Shown piece by piece: positions 55,092-64,000 of a stretch of DNA of 64,000 bases. The stretch comes from Acidobacteriota bacterium (GTDB taxonomy: Bacteria; Acidobacteriota; Thermoanaerobaculia; Thermoanaerobaculales; Sulfomarinibacteraceae): the NCBI GenBank assembly GCA_022340775.1, contig JAJDNH010000073.1:12519-76518 (forward strand), given 5' to 3'. The position numbers and the translations under genes were made by a program. How positions within the stretch are numbered: position 1 is the first letter of the stretch; the number at the start of each line of letters is the position of its first letter. The notes beneath the pieces were generated by a model. The model was not told the origin of the DNA, did not search any database, and was given only the letters and a program-made list of their open reading frames with translations.

Positions 55092-56630
55092 TCACTGCTT
55101 CGCGACGCCGGTCAACACCTCCCCAGTTGTCAGGGTCACGCTCCAACGGACCACAACCCGGGAGGCCGGAGAGGGCAGCCGCACGACGCCCGAGACGACT
55201 TCCTCGCCGGGTGCGAGGTAGCTCTCATAGAAACGAACCGCATCAGCGCCGCCACCGGACACAGGTTGCCAGTCGCCGCGGCGGAGGGTTCCCACCATGA
55301 CGCGATCGAAGTCTCCACGGTCCTCTGCCACCAGGCTTCCTTGCTCGACTCCGACCTCGGTCCACGTTGCGTAGGTCGAGACAGCGCTGGAAAACCGGGT
55401 CGGATTGGACAGCACCACACGCATCGAGCGCCCCGAGCGCTCGACGCGGACCTCGGGGCGCGGCGCCGGTCCCTCGCCCGAAAGGTACGCCAGCAGTGCC
55501 TCCCTCCCCATGCCAAGGCGGTTTCCCGGCGGCGGAAGCGAGATCAGGTCCCAGCCGCTCACATCAGGAACCGTCAGGTTGGTGATCTCCCTCAGCGCGG
55601 CATCGAGACGGGCGGCATCGGTCCAACGGACTGCAACGCTGCTCCCCGGCTTCCACTCCACACCACTCCAGGACAGCGCCCGAGTGAAAGAGAAGGTCCG
55701 GTCCAGCTCCGAGTCGGTGGAGATCCGAACCGACTGGGAATTGCAGAGGGCGTTGAGATCGTCTCCCCAGTTGCCGATGGGTGGGATCGTCCTCGGCTCG
55801 AGCACGACGCCCACGCGCACCGTCGCTCCGAGGCCGGTCAGCGGCGCCAGCTGAGTGCTCAGGGGAAGCATGGATGGGGTGGCTTCGGGCCGCACGTCGG
55901 CCAAGCTCCCATACGCCAGCACGACTGCGCTTCCTGCCGAGCGGATGACTTCCAAGACCGACTGGCTCTGAAGCTGAGCCACCGTCACGACCGGTACGAC
56001 CCGTACGCCGGCCGTTCTCGACAGCGCCGCTACGAACGGCGAGAAGTCTGGCGGTACGGTCGGCAGATCCAGGAGCACCTCGGCGGGCGCCAAGTTTCCG
56101 TCGAGGGCGGACTTCACAGCACCCCACAGGGCCCTTGCCGTGGCCGGTTTCTGGCCGGCTTCCGCCCGGTTGATGCGGAGGACCACCGCTACCGGAATGG
56201 TTCCGGCTACCCTTGGGTAGGACGCCAACCGGACCACCGGGGCTCCCCCACCCAGGGTCACCGCACCCACACGAACGGCCAGCTCGTCGACGCCGGCGGC
56301 CGCCAGCCGGCCGCTCCAGTCGGCATCCAGGTCTCCCGACCCGAGCCACATCACAGACCGGTTGGAGACCACCGGAGTTACAGAAGCCGGGGCCGGCTCG
56401 CCGCTACAGCCGGCCAGAAAACCCAGTAGCAGGAGCGCCACAACCGAAACGACACCGCCTCTGGGATGGGTTGGAATAGCCCGCCACCACCGGCAGCCGC
56501 GCCAGTCCTCGGACACCGATGTCGTTTGCGCCAGGCGTTTTTCCGGTGGGACAAGGGCTTCCAGCAACTCACCGGTGGCCTGAAAGCCACTCTCGCCTGC
56601 CGCGCGGTGTACGACGCCTTGTACCGTCAC
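55092..56630 (-). CDS. Putative lipoprotein, possibly DUF3142/GH18-like barrel plus C-terminal beta domain
   Basis: Lipobox LLLLGFLAGC; barrel-like alternation lacking a DxDxE motif; family call tentative; start uncertain. Confidence 0.5.
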   Translation of the reverse strand: MTVQGVVHRAAGESGFQATGELLEALVPPEKRLAQTTSVSEDWRGCRWWRAIPTHPRGGVVSVVALLLLGFLAGCSGEPAPASVTPVVSNRSVMWLGSGDLDADWSGRLAAAGVDELAVRVGAVTLGGGAPVVRLASYPRVAGTIPVAVVLRINRAEAGQKPATARALWGAVKSALDGNLAPAEVLLDLPTVPPDFSPFVAALSRTAGVRVVPVVTVAQLQSQSVLEVIRSAGSAVVLAYGSLADVRPEATPSMLPLSTQLAPLTGLGATVRVGVVLEPRTIPPIGNWGDDLNALCNSQSVRISTDSELDRTFSFTRALSWSGVEWKPGSSVAVRWTDAARLDAALREITNLTVPDVSGWDLISLPPPGNRLGMGREALLAYLSGEGPAPRPEVRVERSGRSMRVVLSNPTRFSSAVSTYATWTEVGVEQGSLVAEDRGDFDRVMVGTLRRGDWQPVSGGGADAVRFYESYLAPGEEVVSGVVRLPSPASRVVVRWSVTLTTGEVLTGVAKQ

Positions 56631-56634
56631 GAGA

Positions 56635-59600
56635 TCATCGTAGCAAAGGTCCCGCCGTCCCGGCCGAACGTGGGAGCTCGAGACACACGACCAGGCCCTT
56701 CGCACCGTTGGCGGCAGTCACCGACCCATGGCAGCGCGAAACGACCTGTCGCACGAGGGCAAGCCCGAGCCCGGTTCCCGAGGAGGTCGTCGAGAAGTGA
56801 GGGTTGAAGAGGTCGTGAAGCTGGTCCGGCGGCACGCCGCCACCGGTGTCCCGAACCTCGATGGTGACCGTGTCAGCCGTACAGCGCGCTCGGACCGTGA
56901 TCTCGCCTGGACCTTCATCCACGGCGTCGACGCTGTTCTGAATCAGGTTGCCGAGCGCGCGACGGAGCCACTGCCGGTCCCCAACCACCGAGCAACGACC
57001 GCAGCCAGAGGTGTCGCGGACCAGGTGAATGCCACGCCTTTGCAGTATCCCGAGCCCACTCAGCGCCGAGTCGATAAGGTCGGTCACGGCCACCTCCTCG
57101 GCCTCCCAGCGCTCGAGCGCTACGAGGTTCGAGAATGACGATGCCATCTGCTGAAGCCGTTCGACCTGAGTTGTGATCTCCACACACGCCTCACGCAACA
57201 GGACGTCCCTGTCCTGATCACGGCGCGCCATGGCGTCCTCCAGCTCCTGAACCCAGAGCCGTATCGGAGTCAGCGGGTTCTTGACCTCGTGGGCAACGAT
57301 CCTGGCCAGCTGGGCCAGCTGCTGGAGCCGATCCGCCCGCACGACGTCGCTGACGTCGTCCACCACCGCTACCAGACCTCGGGTTCCATCGGGCAGCGGC
57401 ACTCCGGCCACCCCAAGTCTCCACGTCACGTCCGTCCCCGGAAACGGCTGCACCGTGACCACGACTGGCCGGCCGTCTTCGCCGGAGCGCTCCGCAAGCT
57501 CCGTGACGTGACGTACCACGACGTCGCCCTCAGCCTCCAGCAGCGTCTTGGCACTCGGGTTGGCGAAGCGGACAGTGGAATCCGCGTCGAGTACCAGAAC
57601 CGCCTGGGCCAGTGTCGAAAGCGTGATCCGCAGCAGCTCCTCCTGTGAGCGCAAGCTGGTTTCACGACGTTGTACCTCGAGACTCATGAGTTGAACCGCG
57701 TCGAGCACTTCTGCGAGATCGCGCTCGGCTGGCCGCGGAACCTGGCCGACCGGATCGCCACGCTGCAGCCGTCTCGCCAGCTCGACCAAGTCTCGTAGCG
57801 AGGCGCCAACTCTTCCTTCCACTCTGGACGTGACGAAGAGCGTCAGCATCGCCGAGAGGAGGGCTCCAACCAGGAGCCAGTCGATGACGCCGGGGACCGC
57901 CTGGCGCCGCACTGGATCGGCTAGGAACATTTCGAGAAGCAGCGACCGGCCCTCGATACTCACACCGCCGGCTGCCAGTAGCTGCCTTCCCGTCCGACGG
58001 ACCACCGGGTCGGACCGTCCGAGCTGGAAGCGTGAGAACGCCACCGGATCCGGCAGGCCGGGGAGAGCCCCTACCGTCAGCAGGTCCGGGCGCGAGGTGG
58101 CGGCGACGTTGGCACCGTCGAACAGCACGACCTCTCCACCAACCTGACGCGCTAGCCACTTGGCGAGGTCCGCGTTGACCGGGAGCCCACCTTCGAGGTG
58201 CTGGGAAGTCCACCGTGCCGCCTGAATGCCGTCGCCGCCAATGACTCGGGCCAAGCGCACCTCTTCCTGGCGGAGGCGCTGGTGGAGGAAAAGTGTCAGA
58301 AGCACCAGGGGAAGAACCACACCGCCCACGACCAGCAGGCGCAGCCGACCGCCGAAGGTCGATAGGCTGTCCCTCCGCAGACGCGGGGGAAAGGCGATCA
58401 GGAGTGCGACTGCCGCCCACAGAGAGGCTAGGAGCGAACGAAGCAGCCAGACAGGCAGCGAAGGGTAGTTCGCAACTGCCGCCACCAGCCAGTCGCCGTG
58501 ACGAGCGACATGGGCCAGCCTCCGATCAGAGCCGATGCCGACGAGGACCCATCCACCACCGGCATGAAAGAGCTTTCCCGCTACCTCGGGCCCAAGTCCA
58601 CGGATCTCCTCCCGCTCCGACGCGACCGCATGTCCCGCCCGTGTCAGCGCCGCGAACCAGACCGCCGCGGCTGCTCCATCGAGGGTAACTCCCCCTGCTG
58701 GCCATCCGCGCAGCCACGACCACGGTGGAACCGCCGCCCACAGCTGCGCCGTCCCCACTGCCGTCGTCGCCGAGCTGAGCGCCCACGTGCGGAGCAGCCT
58801 CGTCGACTCGCGCCCCACATTCAGCACGCCCCAGCGGGAGATCTCCGCCCCCTCAGGATCTACAACGACCAGCATCACCGGGCGCTGCCAGCGATCCAGC
58901 TTCCATTGCTTCGCCAGTACCGGCGCAAGGTCCGAGAGGTGACATGCCGGCAGCGGTGCCGGCAGGAGATCCCCCAAGTCCAAGGTCGCTGCCGGCGGCG
59001 ACGGTGCTGTCCGCAACTCCTCGGCAGCCTGAATCTGCTCGGGCACGCGGAGGCCTTGCGTCACCGCCATCAGCACGCCCACGCTCAGGGGAATCACCAA
59101 CCGGGCTCGTGGCCACTGCCGGCGGCGCAGGTCGTAGCGCAGCCAGCCCGTCGCCAGCCAGGCGGCAGCAACGGCCCAGGCGGCTCCCCACCCGGGCCGA
59201 AAGACCGTTCTGGGAAGCCACTCGGCGACCACCGTGCTCGGGAGCAGCAGCGCGCTGACCGGGATCGCGGCCATCGCCGTCAGCACCAGCAGCCGGGCCG
59301 GCGCAGCCGGCAGGTTGCGCGCACAGCGCCAGATTGCGGACCCTCCGAGAAGGAGACCCAAGCCGACGACTAACGGTGGCACGGCATGCCAGGCCAGCCC
59401 GGCCGCTAGCCCACCGGCCACGACGGCGGTTGGAGCGAGCGACGGCAGCCACACGGTTCCAATCAGGATGAGTATCCCCCACGGCAACCACCGCGCCGGG
59501 GCTGGCCCGGGCAGTGCCTCTCGTCTCAGGGCTACGGGGATCGAGACACCTGGAAATCGATCAGCCTGGACGAGGTCGCGCGCCTGGTTTCCGGCGGTGC

Positions 59601-60264
59601 CGAGCGACAGCAGCCAGCCGCGCCCCACCCGCATTCCCCAGATCGAGTGGGCGAGCAGCGGCGAACGGTCAACCACGGTCACGGCTCCCACCAGCCGGCC
59701 CTCGAACATCACAGGCTCACGAACGGCCAACGCCGCCGACCCCGCCCACCAGGTCACGCTCCACCGCCGTTGCCCGATCGGACGAACGCCAGGGGGCAGT
59801 TCTCTCGCCACGCCACTCCATGCCACCAGCTGCCCCCGGTCGTCAGACAGGTAGGCACTGCGGCCGGAGGAGCGCCCGACCATCCGGTCCAGAGCTCTGA
59901 ACAGACGCTCCGGGTCGGCGACCTCGCCGGTGGCGGCAAAAACACGCCGGACCTCTCCACTCACCGCCACTCGGCTGGCGTCGCCGAGCATCCCCTCGCA
60001 GTGCTCGGACAGTCGATCCGCAAGCTGTTGCCGGTCTGGAGGATGCGGGTGCCACCCGATGGCCAACGGTACCGCCAAGATGACCGCTGCCCAGGGCACC
60101 AGGGCACGGTGCCTCGGACGCGCCAACACGGCCAGACCAGCCACCACCGCGGCCAGAGCTAGCGGCGTCGGCGCCCACCCCGGCCAGGGCCCGCACACGA
60201 CGACGGCCGCCAAGGCCAGCCACCATGATCGTGTCAACGATGCACGACCACCACCGGGGTCCAT
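56635..60264 (-). CDS. Large multi-TM sensor histidine kinase (NtrY-like HAMP-PAS-HisKA-HATPase)
   Basis: VAHEVKNPLTPI, NLIQNSVDA, DTGGGV, FSTTSSGTGLGL; about 850 aa membrane/extracytoplasmic N-terminus. Confidence 0.92.
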   Translation of the reverse strand: MDPGGGRASLTRSWWLALAAVVVCGPWPGWAPTPLALAAVVAGLAVLARPRHRALVPWAAVILAVPLAIGWHPHPPDRQQLADRLSEHCEGMLGDASRVAVSGEVRRVFAATGEVADPERLFRALDRMVGRSSGRSAYLSDDRGQLVAWSGVARELPPGVRPIGQRRWSVTWWAGSAALAVREPVMFEGRLVGAVTVVDRSPLLAHSIWGMRVGRGWLLSLGTAGNQARDLVQADRFPGVSIPVALRREALPGPAPARWLPWGILILIGTVWLPSLAPTAVVAGGLAAGLAWHAVPPLVVGLGLLLGGSAIWRCARNLPAAPARLLVLTAMAAIPVSALLLPSTVVAEWLPRTVFRPGWGAAWAVAAAWLATGWLRYDLRRRQWPRARLVIPLSVGVLMAVTQGLRVPEQIQAAEELRTAPSPPAATLDLGDLLPAPLPACHLSDLAPVLAKQWKLDRWQRPVMLVVVDPEGAEISRWGVLNVGRESTRLLRTWALSSATTAVGTAQLWAAVPPWSWLRGWPAGGVTLDGAAAAVWFAALTRAGHAVASEREEIRGLGPEVAGKLFHAGGGWVLVGIGSDRRLAHVARHGDWLVAAVANYPSLPVWLLRSLLASLWAAVALLIAFPPRLRRDSLSTFGGRLRLLVVGGVVLPLVLLTLFLHQRLRQEEVRLARVIGGDGIQAARWTSQHLEGGLPVNADLAKWLARQVGGEVVLFDGANVAATSRPDLLTVGALPGLPDPVAFSRFQLGRSDPVVRRTGRQLLAAGGVSIEGRSLLLEMFLADPVRRQAVPGVIDWLLVGALLSAMLTLFVTSRVEGRVGASLRDLVELARRLQRGDPVGQVPRPAERDLAEVLDAVQLMSLEVQRRETSLRSQEELLRITLSTLAQAVLVLDADSTVRFANPSAKTLLEAEGDVVVRHVTELAERSGEDGRPVVVTVQPFPGTDVTWRLGVAGVPLPDGTRGLVAVVDDVSDVVRADRLQQLAQLARIVAHEVKNPLTPIRLWVQELEDAMARRDQDRDVLLREACVEITTQVERLQQMASSFSNLVALERWEAEEVAVTDLIDSALSGLGILQRRGIHLVRDTSGCGRCSVVGDRQWLRRALGNLIQNSVDAVDEGPGEITVRARCTADTVTIEVRDTGGGVPPDQLHDLFNPHFSTTSSGTGLGLALVRQVVSRCHGSVTAANGAKGLVVCLELPRSAGTAGPLLR

Positions 60265-60271
60265 GGCAAGC

Positions 60272-60277
60272 AGTATA
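60272..60277 (-). promoter_or_regulatory. Putative -10 hexamer TATACT, 7 nt before kinase ATG (leaderless)
   Basis: Minus strand TATACT-gcttgcc-ATG(60264). Confidence 0.5.
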
Positions 60278-60291
60278 GCGAGGGTCCGCGA

Positions 60292-60300
60292 TGCTAACAT
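60292..60300 (+). promoter_or_regulatory. Putative extended -10 promoter (TGcTAACAT) for gatE-gatD
   Basis: TG-n-TAnnnT about 35 nt upstream of ATG 60336, which has a GGAGG SD. Confidence 0.45.
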
Positions 60301-60335
60301 CGGCCGACGTGCCGCTTGACGTCACGCGGAGGACC

Positions 60336-62300
60336 ATGAGCACAGCCTTCGACTACGCCGCCGCCGGTCTCAAAGTTGGTCTCGAAGTTCATCAGCAGCT
60401 TCTCACCCAGGAGAAGCTCTTCTGCCGGTGCCCCGCGGGAATGTACACGTCACAGCACGACGGCTCGGTCCTGCGCCACATGCGGCCGACACTGTCCGAG
60501 CTCGGCGAATATGATGGGACCGCACTGATGGAGTTCAAGACCAAAAAGAACATCATCTACCTACTGCACGAGTCCAACGTCTGCACCTACGAGATGGACG
60601 ACACGCCGCCGTTCCTGCTCAATCCACGCGCCCTCGACATCGCCATCGAGCAGTGCCTGATGCTGGGATGCGACATCGTTGACGAGGTTCACATCGCTCG
60701 CAAGCAGTACCTCGATGGTTCGATCCCCACCGGCTTCCAGCGCACAGCAGTAGTTGGCGTCGCCGGCCGCATCCCCTTCCAAGGCCGAGAGCTCACCATC
60801 ACTCAGGTCACGCTCGAGGAGGACAGCTGTCGCGAGGTCTCGGACCGCGGCCACCTCATCGTATGGCGCACCGACCGGCTGGGAATGCCCCTCATTGAGA
60901 CCGTGACCGCACCGGACCTGAGGACCCCGGAAGAGGTCGAGGAGGCCATTCTCCTCATTGGACGCGTATGCCGCTCAACCGGCCATGTCCGTGTCGGGAT
61001 CGGCGCCAGTCGGCAGGACGTCAACGTCTCGGTCACCGGTGGTCGCCGGGTTGAGATCAAGGGCGTGTCAAAGGCCGGCTGGGCCCGCAAACTGGTGCAC
61101 ACGGAGGCGATTCGGCAGGTCAGGTTGCTCGAGCTTCGCGACGAGCTCCACCGGCGCGGCCTGACTCGACCTGCCGACATCGGCATCGAGCATTTCGACG
61201 TCACGGATCTGTTCGTCGCCTCCGAGCTGAGCCAGCTGCGCAGGGAATCGTGGCAGAGGTTGATCGACGAGGAAGGGCGCAGGCCCGGTTTCGAGCTCGG
61301 CCGCGGACCATTCAGCGTCAGGGCCGTTCGCCTACCGGGTCTGGCCGGGACAATCTCTCACCCGACTCAGCCGGGGCTCACGTTCGCTCACGAGCTCGCC
61401 GGACGGATCCGCGTCATCGCCACCCTCGACCAGCAGCCAACGCTTTTCCATAGTGAGAAGTGGCCTGACTACGCGGAATCCCGGGTCGAGTTCGACCGCC
61501 TCCTGCGCCGAACGGCTTGTGGGCCGGACGACGCCATCGTGGTCGTCTGGGGCGCCGAGGAGGACACCGTCACCGCTGCCGAGGAGGTACGGATCCGGTA
61601 TGCCGACGCCACCGACGGCGTCCCCCACGAGACCCGGCAGCCACTGCCGGACGGGAGGACCGACTTCGAACGGATCCTGCCAGGCCCGGACCGGATGTAC
61701 CCCGATACCGACAGCCCGCCGCAGCGGCTGATGCCTGAGCGGATCGAGCAGCTCCGGGCGCCCCTGCCACCAGCTCCCTGGGTACGCGAGGGACGTTATG
61801 CCGCCGCGGGCATCCCTCGCTCCACGATTCGCTACCTCATCCGGCGCGGCGGTGCGCGGCTCGTGGACCTGGTGGTGAACGAGGGGGGCGCCGACCTCCG
61901 GCGTGCGTGCTTCCTCTTCGGAGAGGAGCTCAAGGCGCTCCGTCGCCGGGGCCTCGGCATCGATCGGATCGCCGACGCCCAATGGCTCAGGTTCTTCGAG
62001 ATCCTTGAAAGCTCACCGGTCATCTGGGAAGCCCGATCGAGGCTGGTCGAGGTGATGGCGGGGTCGCCCGCCACCGATCCCGGAGAGCTGGCTTCCAGCC
62101 TGGACCTCGGGAACGCCCCCGAAGGATGGCGCGAACGGGTCGTCAGCCTCGCGCGCACCTCGGTGCTCGATCACTCAAACGGTAGGCCCGGCCAGCGTCT
62201 CCGATTCCTGATGGGTCTGGCGATGTACGAGCTGAGAGGGAAGGTCTCGGCCCACGCAGTCGAAAACCTCCTGCTGGAGGAGCTGGGAGGTGCTCAATGA
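60336..62300 (+). CDS. gatE: Glu-tRNA(Gln) amidotransferase subunit E (archaeal type)
   Basis: GLKVGLEVHQQL, DGSIPTGFQRT, LEEDSCR, DRLGMPLIE, RQDVNVSV, RVEIKGV, AspRS-like insertion, LPGPDRMYPDTD, YqeY-like tail LMG.AM.ELRGK. Confidence 0.93.
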   Translation: MSTAFDYAAAGLKVGLEVHQQLLTQEKLFCRCPAGMYTSQHDGSVLRHMRPTLSELGEYDGTALMEFKTKKNIIYLLHESNVCTYEMDDTPPFLLNPRALDIAIEQCLMLGCDIVDEVHIARKQYLDGSIPTGFQRTAVVGVAGRIPFQGRELTITQVTLEEDSCREVSDRGHLIVWRTDRLGMPLIETVTAPDLRTPEEVEEAILLIGRVCRSTGHVRVGIGASRQDVNVSVTGGRRVEIKGVSKAGWARKLVHTEAIRQVRLLELRDELHRRGLTRPADIGIEHFDVTDLFVASELSQLRRESWQRLIDEEGRRPGFELGRGPFSVRAVRLPGLAGTISHPTQPGLTFAHELAGRIRVIATLDQQPTLFHSEKWPDYAESRVEFDRLLRRTACGPDDAIVVVWGAEEDTVTAAEEVRIRYADATDGVPHETRQPLPDGRTDFERILPGPDRMYPDTDSPPQRLMPERIEQLRAPLPPAPWVREGRYAAAGIPRSTIRYLIRRGGARLVDLVVNEGGADLRRACFLFGEELKALRRRGLGIDRIADAQWLRFFEILESSPVIWEARSRLVEVMAGSPATDPGELASSLDLGNAPEGWRERVVSLARTSVLDHSNGRPGQRLRFLMGLAMYELRGKVSAHAVENLLLEELGGAQ

Positions 62301-63688
62301 GCTGCTCCGATGAGCTGAAGGGCTACCGGGGAAGGGCGCGCCAGCGTCTCGGCGAGTGGGGTGTCCGTGTATGGAGCGATGTGCGGGTCACCAATACTGC
62401 TGGGTCGGTCTTCGAGGGCGTCATCCTGCCACGATCGGAGACGTTCGACGACCTCCACCTGGTTCTCAAGCTCCACAACGGCTACAACGTCGGGGTCCAC
62501 GTCGATCGAATCTCGACGATCGAGGAAATCGGGTATCGCGAGGCGGTCTACAAGATCCCGGAGAAGGAGTTCCCGGCCCGCCCCGACCTTCCCAAGGTGA
62601 CGCTTCTCGGCACCGGCGGTACGATCGCGTCACGTCTCGACTACCGCACCGGAGCGGTCATCCCCGCCTTCACCCCGGGGGAGCTGTACGGCGCCGTGCC
62701 CGAGCTCGCCGACCTGTGCAACCTGACGACCAAGAAGATCTTCGGCGTGTTCTCCGAGAACATGTCGTGGCCCGAGTACGCCACGCTCGCGGGAGCCATC
62801 GGCGAGGAGATCGAGGCAGGCGCTGACGGCATCGTCATCGGCCACGGCACCGACACAATGGGACACACGGCAGCGATCCTGAGTTTCATGGTGCAGAACC
62901 TGCCGGTACCAGTCGTTCTTGTCGGCAGCCAGCGCAGCTCCGACAGGCCCTCGTCCGATGCCGCCCTCAACCTCATCCACGCCGTTCGTGCAGCCGCCTA
63001 CGGCGACATCGCAGAAGTGCAGATCTGCATGTTCGGACCGACTTCGGACCGCTATGCCCTGCTTCACCGCGGCACCCGATGCCGAAAGATGCACAGCTCC
63101 TACCGGTCGACCTTCCGCACTGTCGGCGACACACCGTTGTGCCTCGTCAGTCGGGACGAGTTCACGATTCTGAACGGCGACTACGCCAGACGTGATAGCG
63201 AGCGGCAGGTTCGGATAGATCCCACCTATGACGATCGCGTTACGATCCTCTACTACTACCCAGGCATGAAGCCGGACCTCGTGGACGCCCTTGTCGACAG
63301 GGGCTACCGCGGAATCGTCATCGCCGGAACCGGTCTCGGCCACGTCAACAAGCCTCTTTACCCGGCCCTCGAGCGGGCCGTACGGGCGGGCGTCCAGGTC
63401 ATGATGACCGTCCAAACTCTGTGGGGCTACGCGCAGATGTACGTGTACGACACCGGCCGCGATCTCCTCGATCTCGGAGTCGTCCCCCTCGACAACATGT
63501 TGCCGGAAACCGCACTGATGAAGCTGGGTTGGGTGCTCGGCCACACGGACCAGCACGCCGAGGTAAAACGCCTCATGCAGACCCCCATCAGCCACGAGAT
63601 CACCGCACGCGAGCCGCACAACGGCTACCTCATCCTGCAGGGCGGCTTGCCCGAGGTCGAGGACTTCATCACGAGCCACTGGAAGTGA
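62297..63688 (+). CDS. gatD: Glu-tRNA(Gln) amidotransferase subunit D (asparaginase-like glutaminase, archaeal type)
   Basis: GatD N-domain FEGVILPRSE...LKLHNGYNVGV; TGGTIASRLDYRTGAV, HGTDTM, VGSQRSSDRPSSDA, RKMHSS; ATGA overlap with gatE. Confidence 0.93.
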   Translation: MSCSDELKGYRGRARQRLGEWGVRVWSDVRVTNTAGSVFEGVILPRSETFDDLHLVLKLHNGYNVGVHVDRISTIEEIGYREAVYKIPEKEFPARPDLPKVTLLGTGGTIASRLDYRTGAVIPAFTPGELYGAVPELADLCNLTTKKIFGVFSENMSWPEYATLAGAIGEEIEAGADGIVIGHGTDTMGHTAAILSFMVQNLPVPVVLVGSQRSSDRPSSDAALNLIHAVRAAAYGDIAEVQICMFGPTSDRYALLHRGTRCRKMHSSYRSTFRTVGDTPLCLVSRDEFTILNGDYARRDSERQVRIDPTYDDRVTILYYYPGMKPDLVDALVDRGYRGIVIAGTGLGHVNKPLYPALERAVRAGVQVMMTVQTLWGYAQMYVYDTGRDLLDLGVVPLDNMLPETALMKLGWVLGHTDQHAEVKRLMQTPISHEITAREPHNGYLILQGGLPEVEDFITSHWK

Positions 63689-63724
63689 TCAGGAACGACT
63701 CCCGGTTCTTCCGGTACACCGCGG

Positions 63725-63730
63725 TACCAT
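63725..63730 (+). promoter_or_regulatory. Putative -10 hexamer TACCAT, 6 nt before ATG 63737 (leaderless)
   Basis: TACCAT-aagggc-ATG. Confidence 0.4.
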
Positions 63731-63736
63731 AAGGGC

Positions 63737-64000
63737 ATGTCGTTGCCGGACCGTCCATCGGGTTGTGATGGGTTCTCGATCCTGGAGCTCGTGGCGGCAC
63801 TGGCCATTCTCGGCTTTGCCATCCTCGTGACGGCTGCGGTGTTGAGCACCGAGTCAGACCGTGCAGCGCGGCTGGCCGCGCGACACCAAGCCGTGCACGC
63901 ATTGGAGGCCACACTCGAGGATGTTCGCGCCGGCATCGTCCCGTTGCAGTCGAGCTCGCCCCAGACTGGAGAGATCGTCCAGCCAGCGGCAGCCGACAAC
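63737..64000 (+). CDS. Prepilin-type (type IV pilin / T2SS pseudopilin) protein, 3'-truncated; absent from the ORF track
   Basis: Hand translation MSLPDRPSGCDG|FSILELVAALAILGFAILV...; G|F cleavage site and Glu5; open to window end. Confidence 0.85.
   Translation, partial: MSLPDRPSGCDGFSILELVAALAILGFAILVTAAVLSTESDRAARLAARHQAVHALEATLEDVRAGIVPLQSSSPQTGEIVQPAAADN

Noticed and set aside
62297-63688. Alternative call of gatD as a plain type I L-asparaginase (ansA)
   Set aside because: It has the about 90-aa GatD N-terminal domain, the SRLDYRTGAV and SSDRPSSD signatures and is coupled to gatE

Overview
High-GC (roughly 65-70% by eye) bacterial chromosomal window, densely packed with about 47 genes. 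I found no mobile elements, CRISPR arrays, tRNAs or rRNAs. The gene complement (Cys-pair SLH protein, futalosine-pathway mqnA, RomR-like regulator before valS-birA, LonC-type protease) suggests an Acidobacteriota-like (possibly Thermoanaerobaculia) organism; this taxonomy is inference. Housekeeping genes include valS, birA, priA, slyD, adk, trxA, pgsA, hpt, lepB, aceE/aceF and mqnA. Also present are a sulfate-activation neighbourhood (SLC13 transporters, sat-cysC, HAL2-type PAP phosphatase), a phnDCE-like ABC transporter and several signalling genes. The most striking observation is a complete, translationally coupled gatE-gatD pair (archaeal-type Glu-tRNA(Gln) amidotransferase) with intact catalytic motifs in an otherwise bacterial context. 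Other notable items: a RomR/PopZ-like polar scaffold candidate, a PhnD-like binding protein with an internally duplicated lobe, a PhnE with an RDD-like extension, an unknown helical protein coupled to an FHA-RDD fusion, eight genes with a leaderless-mRNA signature, and two structured intergenic regions (one with 6S-RNA-like rod architecture). All functional calls come from motif recognition by eye; no searches were run.
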